Assembly: GCA_963845895.1 (NCBI GenBank)
Contig: CAWJTN010000001.1
Span: forward strand, 747,063 to 811,062
From: Candidatus Roizmanbacteria bacterium
GTDB taxonomy: Bacteria > Patescibacteriota > Microgenomatia > UBA1406 > GWC2-37-13
DNA length: 64,000 nucleotides
Direction of reading: 5' to 3'
Under the pieces are notes generated by a model. It saw only the letters and a list, made by a program, of their open reading frames with translations. It did no database searches and had not been told where the DNA came from. Numbering within the stretch: position 1 is the stretch's first letter; every line of letters starts with the position of its first letter. This document shows, piece by piece, positions 33,929 through 43,472 of this stretch. The position numbers and the translations under genes were made by a program.

Positions 33929-35899
33929 CTATTGATCTAACTTTATATCAAATTTATCCATAAGCTCACGGACGAATTCATGTTCGCTGGATGTGATGGG
34001 AAAAGAGCTGTACCTTTGAAAATAATGTTTAGCTTTTTCCTTATCGTTTAGGCAGCTCGCATAGAGAACGGCCAGATCTAAGACTGCGCGAGAGTAGTTT
34101 TGTTCATACCTTTGTTTGAGAGCGTCAAGAAAGTATTCTTCCGCTGAAAAACACAGACCTTGGGCTGCTTTTATTCTCCCCATCTCGGTATAAACAATAA
34201 AGTTCCATCTATTTTTTGGAATTTTATCTAAAGTTTGTTCTGCCAAGTCGTATCGATTCTGAATCCGGTAGATTGAGGCCAGTTCTCCCTTTGCTAAGAC
34301 ACTTTCTGGGTAACGGACGATGAAACTTTCAAGTTGTTTCGCGGTTTCATTCGCTTTCTTTGAGTCAAATCCCAGATTCTGGGAAATATCGATGTAATCT
34401 AAGGCATATTTGTCAAGAAAACTTGCTGGCACAGAATCTTTTTTGACATACAAAAAGCCACTATAGTCAAAATACAAAAGTGACCACTGATCTTTAAGAT
34501 CGTTAAGAGGAGAAACCAGACCACCGGTATCTTTTGCCGCTAAGATAGTTTTAATGTTATTTTTTTGAATAAGATTATTCAAGCTATTCTTATCCAGCGG
34601 AAGAACGTAGGTGTAAAGATTTATGGTGTCGTTTTCGTCGAAAAGGTCATCCTGTGCGTCTAGCCAAGTCCTGTCGGGATAGTTTTTATAGTAAAGATAA
34701 CCGGTGATATCAAAAGAAGACAAGATATTGTCTGGAAGATTATATTTTTTGATAACTTCCAATTGTTTAACTGGAGGATCAAATTGGGGATAGTTGGGAG
34801 GACTGATAAACAAAAAAAGTAGAGTTAAAAAAAGAATAGTTATGAAAGCAAGATCAAAATACTTTATTTTTTTAGATAAAAAAGTGACGAGTATGGCAAA
34901 AAGAGGAGCCGTCACAAAGACAACCATTGGGACCAGCCTAACCGATTTTATAGCAAAAAGAAAAAAAAGCAGGAAAGGAATCTGATCAAAAAAAAGCTTC
35001 AAGAATTTCTTCCTTTCCCTAACCAGCAGTATAATTAGCAAAGAAAAAATAAAGAACAGATAAACAACAAAAAAAACATAAAGAGTAGAAGGAATAGACT
35101 GTTTCAGATAGTTTTGGTTGATAAGTTTTAGGGCCCCTGGTAGCTGGCTAAAGAACTTACCAGGATATGAGGTAACTACAAGATAAGTTAAAAAATAGAC
35201 CCAGATACGCTCGAAATTGGGGTTTAAAAGTGTGGCTAAAAAAGATACGAACGTTAAGGCAATTAATTGCAAGAGTTTGTTCCAGCTTATTTTAGTAAAA
35301 AGTATGTTTACCACCTCAATCAGATTAATAAGAATATAAAGAAAAACAGGAATAAAGATGAAACCGCCAGCAAAATTTGCAAAAAGGATAAATAAAAAAG
35401 GCAGATAAAAAAGACTGTTGCCGTAGCTTTTCTTCCAAGAAAAATAGACGTATAACATAAGAAGCAGTATAGGAATGGCAAAAATGAACGGATGGAGTTT
35501 AAAAAAAACAGGCGCCAGAAGTAGGGCTATAGACATGGTAAAAAAACGCATAAAAGTAGTTGTTTCAAGCTCATTTAAGATTTTAAAAAGTATAAAACAA
35601 GAGAGCAAAAGCATCAGAGAAACTAAAAAAATTGATGCCAGTGTGCCGGTTCGTCCTACTAGATAAATTACAATATCTGAAGCCCAACTGTGGTCAATAA
35701 ATTCAAGTGAAGGCTGTGTTTGCTTATAAGAAACGTCAGAGTGTGAGGGTATCTTTTTGTTATCGATGATAAACCTGCCAACTCCCATATGAAGATAAGA
35801 GTCGTTAGATAAAGGGTTTTTAATAATCAATTGAAGGCCAAAAGCAACAGACAAAATGAAGATGATTACAGATAAAAGGAGAGTTAAATTTTTTTTCAT
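33929..35899 (-). CDS. Polytopic membrane protein with C-terminal TPR repeats (GT-C-like)
   Basis: About 12 TM helices followed by a TPR-like segment (..LASIYRIQNRYDLAEQTLDKI..AAQGLCFSAEEYFLDAL..). Confidence 0.55.
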   Translation of the reverse strand: MKKNLTLLLSVIIFILSVAFGLQLIIKNPLSNDSYLHMGVGRFIIDNKKIPSHSDVSYKQTQPSLEFIDHSWASDIVIYLVGRTGTLASIFLVSLMLLLSCFILFKILNELETTTFMRFFTMSIALLLAPVFFKLHPFIFAIPILLLMLYVYFSWKKSYGNSLFYLPFLFILFANFAGGFIFIPVFLYILINLIEVVNILFTKISWNKLLQLIALTFVSFLATLLNPNFERIWVYFLTYLVVTSYPGKFFSQLPGALKLINQNYLKQSIPSTLYVFFVVYLFFIFSLLIILLVRERKKFLKLFFDQIPFLLFFLFAIKSVRLVPMVVFVTAPLFAILVTFLSKKIKYFDLAFITILFLTLLFLFISPPNYPQFDPPVKQLEVIKKYNLPDNILSSFDITGYLYYKNYPDRTWLDAQDDLFDENDTINLYTYVLPLDKNSLNNLIQKNNIKTILAAKDTGGLVSPLNDLKDQWSLLYFDYSGFLYVKKDSVPASFLDKYALDYIDISQNLGFDSKKANETAKQLESFIVRYPESVLAKGELASIYRIQNRYDLAEQTLDKIPKNRWNFIVYTEMGRIKAAQGLCFSAEEYFLDALKQRYEQNYSRAVLDLAVLYASCLNDKEKAKHYFQRYSSFPITSSEHEFVRELMDKFDIKLDQ

Positions 35900-36834
35900 T
35901 GCTGATTATAATTTAAGACGTAGTCATAAACCATTGTCGACACGCTTTCCATCTCATTCCGAGCGGAGGTCTCGATGTTTCGACTCATGAGACAAAGTAT
36001 ATAAGGTCTTTTAGGGAGATAAACAATGCCACAGTCGGTATAGATTGAGCTATTTGGACTGTCCGGGTTGTAAACGCCAATTTTGTGAGCCACCTTTACA
36101 TCTTTGCCTACTCCAGCCACCAACTTGTCATTAAAGGAAGATTGGGTTAAAAGATCAAGAATTTCGTTAGAGTATTTTTCATCTAGATAGGATGAAAGAT
36201 AGAGGCTTCTTAAAATTGATGAGTAGTTTTTTGGAGTCACAACGGTATTTTCTTCCTCTCGATCCTTTAGAATATCGAGAGAATCAAATACATCTTCCAA
36301 AGAACCCGCTGGTAAAGCATCAAACAAAACGTTAGCTGCCGTATTGTCTGATTTTGTCAGAGCCAGATCTATTGCATCTTTTACTCTTATTTTCGCGCCG
36401 GCTCCCTTCTTCCAGAAGTCGCCGAAATTTTTGTCAATAGTTTCGTCTTTCACCGTCAAGACATCGTTCATAGACATCTGATTTTTTTCAATATATTTGT
36501 AAACTGCCATAACTAAAGGTACCTTTAAAAGGCTGGCAAGCACGTAGGATTTTGCCCCATTTACACCAATGGAAACGCCAGAAGGTAAATACTCAAAATA
36601 GATTCCCAGGTCAGATTTGTCTTTTCCATAGTTCGTCAGATTATTTCTAAGAGCGACAAAATTGATAAGAATGTCATTTTGATTTTCAGCAAATATTCGT
36701 GGGGACAGGTAAAGAAAGTCTGTATTCGATAACCTATTTTCTTTTGATAAAGGAGGCTTGTTGATAATAAAAAAGATGAGAGCAAAGTTTAATACTAAAC
36801 TAGCAATTAAAAAAACCAGACCTATCCTAGACAT
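35896..36834 (-). CDS. Beta-lactamase-fold (class A-like) serine hydrolase, membrane anchored
   Basis: SLLK (SxxK), SDNTAAN (SDN) and HKIG (KTG-like) motifs occur in the canonical order. An N-terminal TM helix is present. Confidence 0.65.
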   Translation of the reverse strand: MSRIGLVFLIASLVLNFALIFFIINKPPLSKENRLSNTDFLYLSPRIFAENQNDILINFVALRNNLTNYGKDKSDLGIYFEYLPSGVSIGVNGAKSYVLASLLKVPLVMAVYKYIEKNQMSMNDVLTVKDETIDKNFGDFWKKGAGAKIRVKDAIDLALTKSDNTAANVLFDALPAGSLEDVFDSLDILKDREEENTVVTPKNYSSILRSLYLSSYLDEKYSNEILDLLTQSSFNDKLVAGVGKDVKVAHKIGVYNPDSPNSSIYTDCGIVYLPKRPYILCLMSRNIETSARNEMESVSTMVYDYVLNYNQQ

Positions 36835-36872
36835 AACTCATATTATAGAGTATTCATGTTAGAATTTAAGGT

Positions 36873-38765
36873 ATGCTCATTCTTCTTTTACCATTATCAT
36901 GGCTACTAATATTTGTCAATTTTAACTTTCTATTCAATAAAAGGAAAAAAGACTATCCGGAATTGGAAGCGGTATTGATTGCAAGTATTTTTTGGCTGCT
37001 GATTCTTGTTTTTGTTACGGAGCTATTGTCACTATTTAACAGTCTAAATACTTTCTCCGTTGGCATAGCTTGGTTGTTGATTTCTCTAAGTTCAATTTTA
37101 TTACTGCTAATAAATAGAAGAAGAGGTTTTAAGTCGACTTTTAACTTTTCTTTTTATAAAGACCTGAATAATTTTTATAAACTTTTAGCTATCTTACTGG
37201 TCTTCATTTTGGCCGTCACTTTTATTTTAGGTTTGATATTTCCTCCAAACAATCCAGACGCGATGGCTTATCACTTGGCTAGGGTAATGCACTGGATACA
37301 AAATCAATCGGTAGCATTTTATCCGACTCATATCTTAAGACAAGATGTCTATCCGCCAGGAGCAGAGTATATCGCCTTACATGTTCTACTTTTGACAAGA
37401 TATGATTCTTTTGTCAATCTGATCCAATGGTTTAGTATGATAGGCAGCCTTGTAGCTGTGTATCTCATGGCCAGGCTGATTGGAGTTGGACGCAAAGGCC
37501 AGTTCTTGGCAGTATTATTTGCCGCCACTCTTCCAATAGGTGTTTTAGAATCGAATAGTGCCCAAAACGACTATGTTGCTGCCTTTTGGTTCATAACTTT
37601 TGTCTATTTTTTCTCTAAAGCACTACTAAAAAATTACTCATTTACCACTATCTTTTTAGGAGCTGCTGCACTAGGGTTAAGTATTTTTACTAAATCTTCA
37701 ACTTACTTTTTTGGAGCGGCGTTTCTAATCGTATTTTTCTTTATGTTGCTGAAAAAAAATGTAAAACAAACGTTCCTATATTTTGGTTTAACACTATTAA
37801 TAGTACTTTTAATCAATGCTCCTTTCTATATAAGAAATCTACTTTTATTTGGAAAACCATTGGGAGAGATATCAAGCATAAATGTAGCGAATACAGATTT
37901 ATCTTTCAGCAGAACTATTATCAATATTTTCAGCGAGTTTATGTACCAACTTTTCTCACCTTTAAAATTTCTAAACGTAATTATTAAGCTCGTATATTAT
38001 TTTATTGTTTCTTCGATATTTTCCGGCAATTTTTCCAATCCGACGATAAAAGATTTTATGGGGTTAGGATTTTTTATTAATGATGATTCAATGGTAAACA
38101 CACTTCATTTTTTGGCAATAATTGGAATATTATTTTATATGATTTTTACCTTTGGAAAAAAAATTTTTTTGAAATTATATTTTTTGGCTGCCGGCCTGGG
38201 CTTTTTATTTTTAAATTTTTTTATTGTTTGGACAAATTTTAATACAAGATACTATATATCTCTTTTCTTGGCTCTTTCTCCTTTAGCTGGGTTATGTCTA
38301 GAGAAGATCATTGACAGGAAATTTACTAAAATTTATTTTATTTCGATCATCAGCGTCGCTTTCTTTTACCTAATTTTTAATCAGGATAATTCGCTATTTA
38401 AAAAATTCGATAGAGAACAGGAGTATTTCAGTGGTTATTCCGATCCTCTCTATGTAGTGAGCAATAAGAAGTTGGCCGATGAGATAAAAAAGAGAAACTA
38501 TAGAAACATCGGACTAAACTTTGAGGAATTTTATTTTGAGTATCCTTTATGGGTATACCTAAAAGATAGGGGAGTTAAGGATTTTAGAATAGAGCATGTT
38601 GACGTTAGAAATAAGACATCAGAGGCAAAAATGAGTCAGTTTAAACCAGATGTAGTAATCATGTGTGATTCCTGTTTTAAAGATGCTCCAAAATATTATG
38701 CCATATATTCCAAATGGGCCAATGTGCGTATAAAAGTTACTTACTTTACCTTATACGGCAAATAA
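36873..38765 (+). CDS. GT-C-like polytopic membrane glycosyltransferase, paralogue A
   Basis: Multi-TM. PPNNPDAMAYHLARVMHWIQNQSVAFYPTHILRQDVYPPGAEYI is paralogous to the 39692-41557 product. Confidence 0.65.
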   Translation: MLILLLPLSWLLIFVNFNFLFNKRKKDYPELEAVLIASIFWLLILVFVTELLSLFNSLNTFSVGIAWLLISLSSILLLLINRRRGFKSTFNFSFYKDLNNFYKLLAILLVFILAVTFILGLIFPPNNPDAMAYHLARVMHWIQNQSVAFYPTHILRQDVYPPGAEYIALHVLLLTRYDSFVNLIQWFSMIGSLVAVYLMARLIGVGRKGQFLAVLFAATLPIGVLESNSAQNDYVAAFWFITFVYFFSKALLKNYSFTTIFLGAAALGLSIFTKSSTYFFGAAFLIVFFFMLLKKNVKQTFLYFGLTLLIVLLINAPFYIRNLLLFGKPLGEISSINVANTDLSFSRTIINIFSEFMYQLFSPLKFLNVIIKLVYYFIVSSIFSGNFSNPTIKDFMGLGFFINDDSMVNTLHFLAIIGILFYMIFTFGKKIFLKLYFLAAGLGFLFLNFFIVWTNFNTRYYISLFLALSPLAGLCLEKIIDRKFTKIYFISIISVAFFYLIFNQDNSLFKKFDREQEYFSGYSDPLYVVSNKKLADEIKKRNYRNIGLNFEEFYFEYPLWVYLKDRGVKDFRIEHVDVRNKTSEAKMSQFKPDVVIMCDSCFKDAPKYYAIYSKWANVRIKVTYFTLYGK

Positions 38766-38789
38766 CGGGTAAATAGGTGTAAAAAACAC

Positions 38790-38818
38790 TTGACTTTTTA
38801 TTTTCAAAAGATTATACA
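38790..38818 (+). promoter_or_regulatory. Candidate sigma70-type promoter (TTGACT-N17-TATACA)
   Basis: TTGACT at 38790-38795 and TATACA at 38813-38818, upstream of the pentapeptide-repeat reading frame. Confidence 0.4.
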
Positions 38819-39045
38819 ATTTATATACGAGAAAATTTTTTCCTGTAATAATTGCATTTCTTAGCGGGATTTTCATAGCTCAAATTGTTACTTCTGTAGT
38901 TGCTCAAATAGGAGATGCTAATCTGATTCATTCATGTGTAAAAAATAATAATGGCTCTATTCGTATTGTATCGTCTAGTGGGGATTGTTCTAGCAGTGAA
39001 ACTCCTTTAGCTTGGAATAAGCAAGGTGCTCCAGGTTTAGGGGTA

Positions 39046-39690
39046 TTGATTGACGATTTAACAAACGCAGATTTGTCTAATTCGGATTTCCGATTCAGAA
39101 ATTTGGATGAAAGAAATTTTACCGACAGCAACTTTACAGGAGCAAGCTTTGATAAAACTTCGATTAAAAATACAAACTTTTCGAACGCTATTTTCCCAGC
39201 GAGTCACATTGTTAATACAGATTTTACGACGGCTATTCTTAATGGTACAAGTTTTGGAGGGACCGTTCGATATTCCAATTTCTCCAACAAAGACCTCTCA
39301 TCTGTGCACATCGACCAAACAGATTTTACGTATTCAAATTTATCTAACGTAATATTACCGACAAGTATTAATAGTGTCACCTTTGACAACGCGAATTTAT
39401 CTGGAGTGAACTTTACATCAATAACAACACCATTAAATACGAGTTCCTTTGGGGGGACTAATCTTTCAAATACAAATTTCAGTAATGTAGATTTAAGTAA
39501 TAATATTCATTTTGATAATGCCAATTTTACTAATGCAAACTTAACTAATGTGAATTTCACAAATACAAATCTTATTTACGCAATTTTCACCAATTCAATA
39601 AGAACAGGAATCATTTGGTCAAATACAACATGTCCTGATGGAACGAATAGTAATAATAACGGGAATACTTGTGAAGGACATTTGACATAA
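39046..39690 (+). CDS. Pentapeptide-repeat protein (probably secreted; true start uncertain)
   Basis: A(D/N)LxX-type repeats run throughout (ADLSNSDFRFRNLDERNFTDSNFTGASF..). The frame is open back to 38794 and there encodes a signal-peptide-like segment, but with no ATG/GTG/TTG. Confidence 0.8.
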   Translation: MIDDLTNADLSNSDFRFRNLDERNFTDSNFTGASFDKTSIKNTNFSNAIFPASHIVNTDFTTAILNGTSFGGTVRYSNFSNKDLSSVHIDQTDFTYSNLSNVILPTSINSVTFDNANLSGVNFTSITTPLNTSSFGGTNLSNTNFSNVDLSNNIHFDNANFTNANLTNVNFTNTNLIYAIFTNSIRTGIIWSNTTCPDGTNSNNNGNTCEGHLT

Positions 39691-39691
39691 G

Positions 39692-41557
39692 TTAGTTTAA
39701 TACTATTAAAGGGACTTTCAGAATATTAGAGTATTTGGTTATTATCTTCTTATCACTCCCAATATAAAGGATTACATCAGGTGTGAATTTTTTTCTTATT
39801 AGAGTAGAAGATTTATTTGTTACTTCAAGATGCTCTATCCTAAATTTGTAATTCGAATTCCTTAGCAAGGCAATAAAGGGATACTCGACTCGAAATTCAT
39901 CATCGACAATAAAGCCAATATTTGCATATTCATGACTCATTATTGCGTTAACAGTCCGAGAAGCATAAAAATATTCGGGAAATCTTCCGTTAAAATATTG
40001 GACATCTCGGGGAATATTTATAATAGATCTGTCTGATGAAATAATTGGTTTCAAATTATTGAAAAAAAGATAGTATAAAGACGTAATTAACAATAAATAT
40101 ATCACTATCATTGTAATTTTTTGATTAATATTGTTCCAAAAAAAAGCGACAGGCACTGACCAGATGATGAACAAGGGGAGATGATACCTAGAGTTCCATA
40201 TTGACCAGCGTAATAATAAAGAAAATAAAAATAAAGCCGAGATTAAACTTAAAATAAATCCTCTTGAAAGTTTAAGTCTCTTGATTAGATAAAAGAACAA
40301 GGTAATAAAGATAATAAATAAATGAAGAGGGTTGATGGCGATATTTTCGTCTGGTATTATGGAAAAGAAAGAAAAGCGAGCATTGTACCAGTTTAATGAC
40401 GGGTCATTTACACTTATGCCCAAAATTTTATGAATTTTAATTACCAGATCATAAAAAAAAGTATTTACAACAGTACTTGGTAGCCAAAAATGCATGCTGG
40501 TATTTTTTATCATATTTGACAGGCCAGCAATTAATGAAATATTGGAATTTAGATGATTATAAGAGCTGCCTATCGGAACTCCATAAAAATTTATATTACG
40601 AAGATAATAACCTAAATTAAGTAAAATGACTGATAAAAAAATTGTTAAACAATAAATTATCAAACTTTTTTTATTCTTTCGAAACAAAACAAACAGGAAC
40701 CAAATAAGAAAAGGTAAAGCAAAAGTATAAGCGGTCCCTTTGGTAAGAAGAGCTAATCCTAATGAAAGAGAGGAAAATATATAATGGTAAATTTTTTCTG
40801 TTTTAGCTGACAAGAGACCGAAATAAATAAAACAGACCAACCAAAGCGAGACAACCAAATCATTTTGGGCGCTAGAGGCTTGTAAGATACCCATAGGGAT
40901 AGTTACTGTAAAGATTATTGAAAAAATCTGGGTAAGATAGTTACCACCCATAATTTTTGTAATTAAACTTATCCCTAAGATGACACCGATAAGAGACATC
41001 CACTGTACTGCATTCGATAATCTATCTCCACCACTAAAAATTCGGAATTGGGCAACAATAAACTCTGCGCCGGGAGCCATATAGTTTTGCCTGACAATAT
41101 TTGTTGGGTAAAAGGCAACAGTTTGATTTTGTATCCAGTGTTCAATTCTTGCCAAGTGATAACTCATGGCATCAGGATTGTTTGGAGCAGTAAAAAGGGC
41201 TAATAATCCTGCAAGCAAAATTATCCCGAAAACAGGTAGCAGAAGTTTATTAGCTAAATCGGAAAAATTTTGAAAATTTAAAATAATTGGGTGAAGGTTG
41301 ATATATTCAATCCTTGAAATCAAAAAAATGACCATGACCAAAATACAGATAACAATAGTCCAAATAAAAAGAAGACTTTGGAAATTATAATAATTAAAAT
41401 AACTCAACACTTCTGTGAAAATTATTACGAGTGTTCCCCAGACTATGACGCTTAAGAGGATTCGTTCCCTGATGTCAGATTTTTTTAATATTGGTAGATC
41501 TTTTAGAGTAAAGATAAAAATAAGAAACCATGCTAAAATAGGAACAAAGACAAACAT
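39692..41557 (-). CDS. GT-C-like polytopic membrane glycosyltransferase, paralogue B
   Basis: APNNPDAMSYHLARIEHWIQNQTVAFYPTNIVRQNYMAPGAEFI. The architecture matches 36873-38765. Confidence 0.65.
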   Translation of the reverse strand: MFVFVPILAWFLIFIFTLKDLPILKKSDIRERILLSVIVWGTLVIIFTEVLSYFNYYNFQSLLFIWTIVICILVMVIFLISRIEYINLHPIILNFQNFSDLANKLLLPVFGIILLAGLLALFTAPNNPDAMSYHLARIEHWIQNQTVAFYPTNIVRQNYMAPGAEFIVAQFRIFSGGDRLSNAVQWMSLIGVILGISLITKIMGGNYLTQIFSIIFTVTIPMGILQASSAQNDLVVSLWLVCFIYFGLLSAKTEKIYHYIFSSLSLGLALLTKGTAYTFALPFLIWFLFVLFRKNKKSLIIYCLTIFLSVILLNLGYYLRNINFYGVPIGSSYNHLNSNISLIAGLSNMIKNTSMHFWLPSTVVNTFFYDLVIKIHKILGISVNDPSLNWYNARFSFFSIIPDENIAINPLHLFIIFITLFFYLIKRLKLSRGFILSLISALFLFSLLLRWSIWNSRYHLPLFIIWSVPVAFFWNNINQKITMIVIYLLLITSLYYLFFNNLKPIISSDRSIINIPRDVQYFNGRFPEYFYASRTVNAIMSHEYANIGFIVDDEFRVEYPFIALLRNSNYKFRIEHLEVTNKSSTLIRKKFTPDVILYIGSDKKIITKYSNILKVPLIVLN

Positions 41558-41565
41558 TTTTTAAA

Positions 41566-42678
41566 TTATAGTCGATCATGACAGAAATAACAATTTTTTG
41601 TATAAGTCACATACATTTGAGACTCTGGAGGTAAAATTTTTAACAGATGGTTAATTGGTGAAACATTGTTAAGTGACTTATGAACTCGTTTAGTATTGTA
41701 CCAGACCAAATAATCCATTAAACGGGAATTAAATTCGTCTATCCCGTCAAGTGCATATTCTTCATGACCATTAATAAATTCTTCTTGTAGGGTTCTGTTG
41801 GCGCGTTCAACAAAACCATTGATTTTTGGGCATCTCGGATAGATAAATAAATGTTTAATGTTTTTTCTTTTAAGATAATCATCAAAGTCTCCCATAAACT
41901 CAAGACCGTTATCTGTTTGAATTGTATGTATCTTGTTTAGGATAGGATAAACTAACTCAAGCTTCCTCATAAAATCTAAGCTGTTTTGGCTGTTGAGTCT
42001 GATGTAGCCGTAGGAGAATTGGAATTTGAGGTTAACGTCAACGGCATTTAGGATGTATAGCTTAATGCCATGGATAAACTTAACAATTGTATCAATCTCA
42101 ATGTAACCAACTCCTATCGGTTTAGGAGATTTCTTAACCTTTAGTTTGTATGATAGCCTCGCTTTAGAATGACGATGAAGCGGGTTATGGTAAATTCTTC
42201 TTGATTTGGAATAGAGATTATGGCGCTTAATAACTTTTCCAATAGTTGACTCTGAGATTGACTTAATATTTTCTTTTAGGCAATATTCTTCAAGTAGTGG
42301 TTTAATCTTTTCTTTGCCTAGATGGCCATATTGTTCCCGAAGTGATTTGATAAATTCGATAATCTTAAAGTTAGTATTCATGACCCTTTTTCTTTTAGGA
42401 GACCTCGAAGCTGGTACTAGACTTTCAAGTCTACCCAAATTATCTTTAAGTGTTTTCTTCCATCGGTATATTGTTGGCTTGGAGATCTCAAAGGCTTCAA
42501 CGGTTGCCCTTGTTCCATACTTACCATGAAACTCGATAATCTTTAACCTAGTCTCAGCCATTTGAGACTTGCTGAAAAACAAAACAGAGCGTATTGATCT
42601 TCTCATTCGCCCATTATACAGAGGCGTGTCCATAAACAAATCCTGATACGAAGTTGAGACTCCTAGAGACCCTTTCAT
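41566..42678 (-). CDS. IS481-family DDE transposase (HTH + rve integrase core)
   Basis: HTIQTDNGLEFMG..YPRCPKINGFVERANRTLQEEF..YLVWYNTKRVHKSL. The likely real start is an internal Met (MAETRLKII.., ATG 42561). The 3' end runs through the left IR. Confidence 0.85.
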   Translation of the reverse strand: MKGSLGVSTSYQDLFMDTPLYNGRMRRSIRSVLFFSKSQMAETRLKIIEFHGKYGTRATVEAFEISKPTIYRWKKTLKDNLGRLESLVPASRSPKRKRVMNTNFKIIEFIKSLREQYGHLGKEKIKPLLEEYCLKENIKSISESTIGKVIKRHNLYSKSRRIYHNPLHRHSKARLSYKLKVKKSPKPIGVGYIEIDTIVKFIHGIKLYILNAVDVNLKFQFSYGYIRLNSQNSLDFMRKLELVYPILNKIHTIQTDNGLEFMGDFDDYLKRKNIKHLFIYPRCPKINGFVERANRTLQEEFINGHEEYALDGIDEFNSRLMDYLVWYNTKRVHKSLNNVSPINHLLKILPPESQMYVTYTKNCYFCHDRL

Positions 42679-42733
42679 AGAGATTAAATGAAATTCCCAA
42701 AAGTCTCATATGTATCGTAACTTTTTCATTTTT
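41599..42733 (-). mobile_element. IS481-family insertion sequence (~1.13 kb)
   Basis: Imperfect terminal inverted repeats: TAAGTCACATACATTTGAGACTCTGG (41603-41628) against the reverse complement of 42707-42733 (AAGTTACGATACATATGAGACTTTTGG). A single DDE transposase ORF lies inside. Confidence 0.65.
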
Positions 42734-42748
42734 ACTTAGGAAGGTTAA

Positions 42749-43471
42749 CTATCGATGGTTTAACAGATTTTTGAGATAGATTTTAAGCAGTATGAAGAAA
42801 TTCCAGATGACAAATAAAAAAGACTGGACAAAATTTACAGACGTGTGCGGTTTGTTGTAGTAACAACGAACGGGAACCTCGCCAATTTTTAGATTGTGGT
42901 TAAGACATTGAATGATTATTTCCAAGCTGAAATAAAATTCATTGCTCATTTTATCCAATGGAAGAGTTTTTACTAATTTTTTACTATAAATTCTAAATCC
43001 GTCATTGAAATCAGTTAAGGGGACGCCAATGATAAGACGGTCTAAATGACTTAAGATGACGTTGGCAATAAATCTGTGTAAAGGCATCCCATCTTTTAAA
43101 GCTTGATTCGGAGTAATGAATCGAGATCCTGACAAGAGATCCAGTCCCTTTTCCTGCATAATCTTTACTTTTTCAGATATTTTTGAAATTTCGTATTGGC
43201 CATCTCCATGTATTTCTACCATATAGTCTGCTCCAAGTTTTAGGGCTTTTTTTAAGCCATATTTGAGATTACCACCATAACCTAAGTGTGAGTGCGAATA
43301 AACTTTCAATCCTAATTTTTTTACTATTTCAACAGAGTTATCGGTGGAGCCGTCGTCTACAACAATAATCTTATAGAAAGATTTCTTAGGAAGTAATTTA
43401 AACAATTTAGGAACAAATTTACCATCGTTGTGTATCATGATAATGCCGATTATTTTATTTTGCTTTTTCAT
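42749..43471 (-). CDS. Family-2 glycosyltransferase (Dpm1/GtrB-like)
   Basis: IGIIMIHNDG..IIVVDDGSTDNS..DYMVEIHGDGQY. ATG 43471 is preferred over TTG 43489. Confidence 0.85.
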   Translation of the reverse strand: MKKQNKIIGIIMIHNDGKFVPKLFKLLPKKSFYKIIVVDDGSTDNSVEIVKKLGLKVYSHSHLGYGGNLKYGLKKALKLGADYMVEIHGDGQYEISKISEKVKIMQEKGLDLLSGSRFITPNQALKDGMPLHRFIANVILSHLDRLIIGVPLTDFNDGFRIYSKKLVKTLPLDKMSNEFYFSLEIIIQCLNHNLKIGEVPVRCYYNKPHTSVNFVQSFLFVIWNFFILLKIYLKNLLNHR

Positions 43472-43472
43472 T

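Noticed and set aside
38791-38793. Possibility that the TGA closing the frame upstream of the pentapeptide-repeat gene is read as a sense codon (code 4/25), which would explain the missing start.
   Set aside because: TGA is a clean terminator elsewhere in the window (e.g. 13372-13374, 19653-19655, 21035-21037). The in-frame sequence upstream of this TGA hits TAA after 7 codons and has no ATG.
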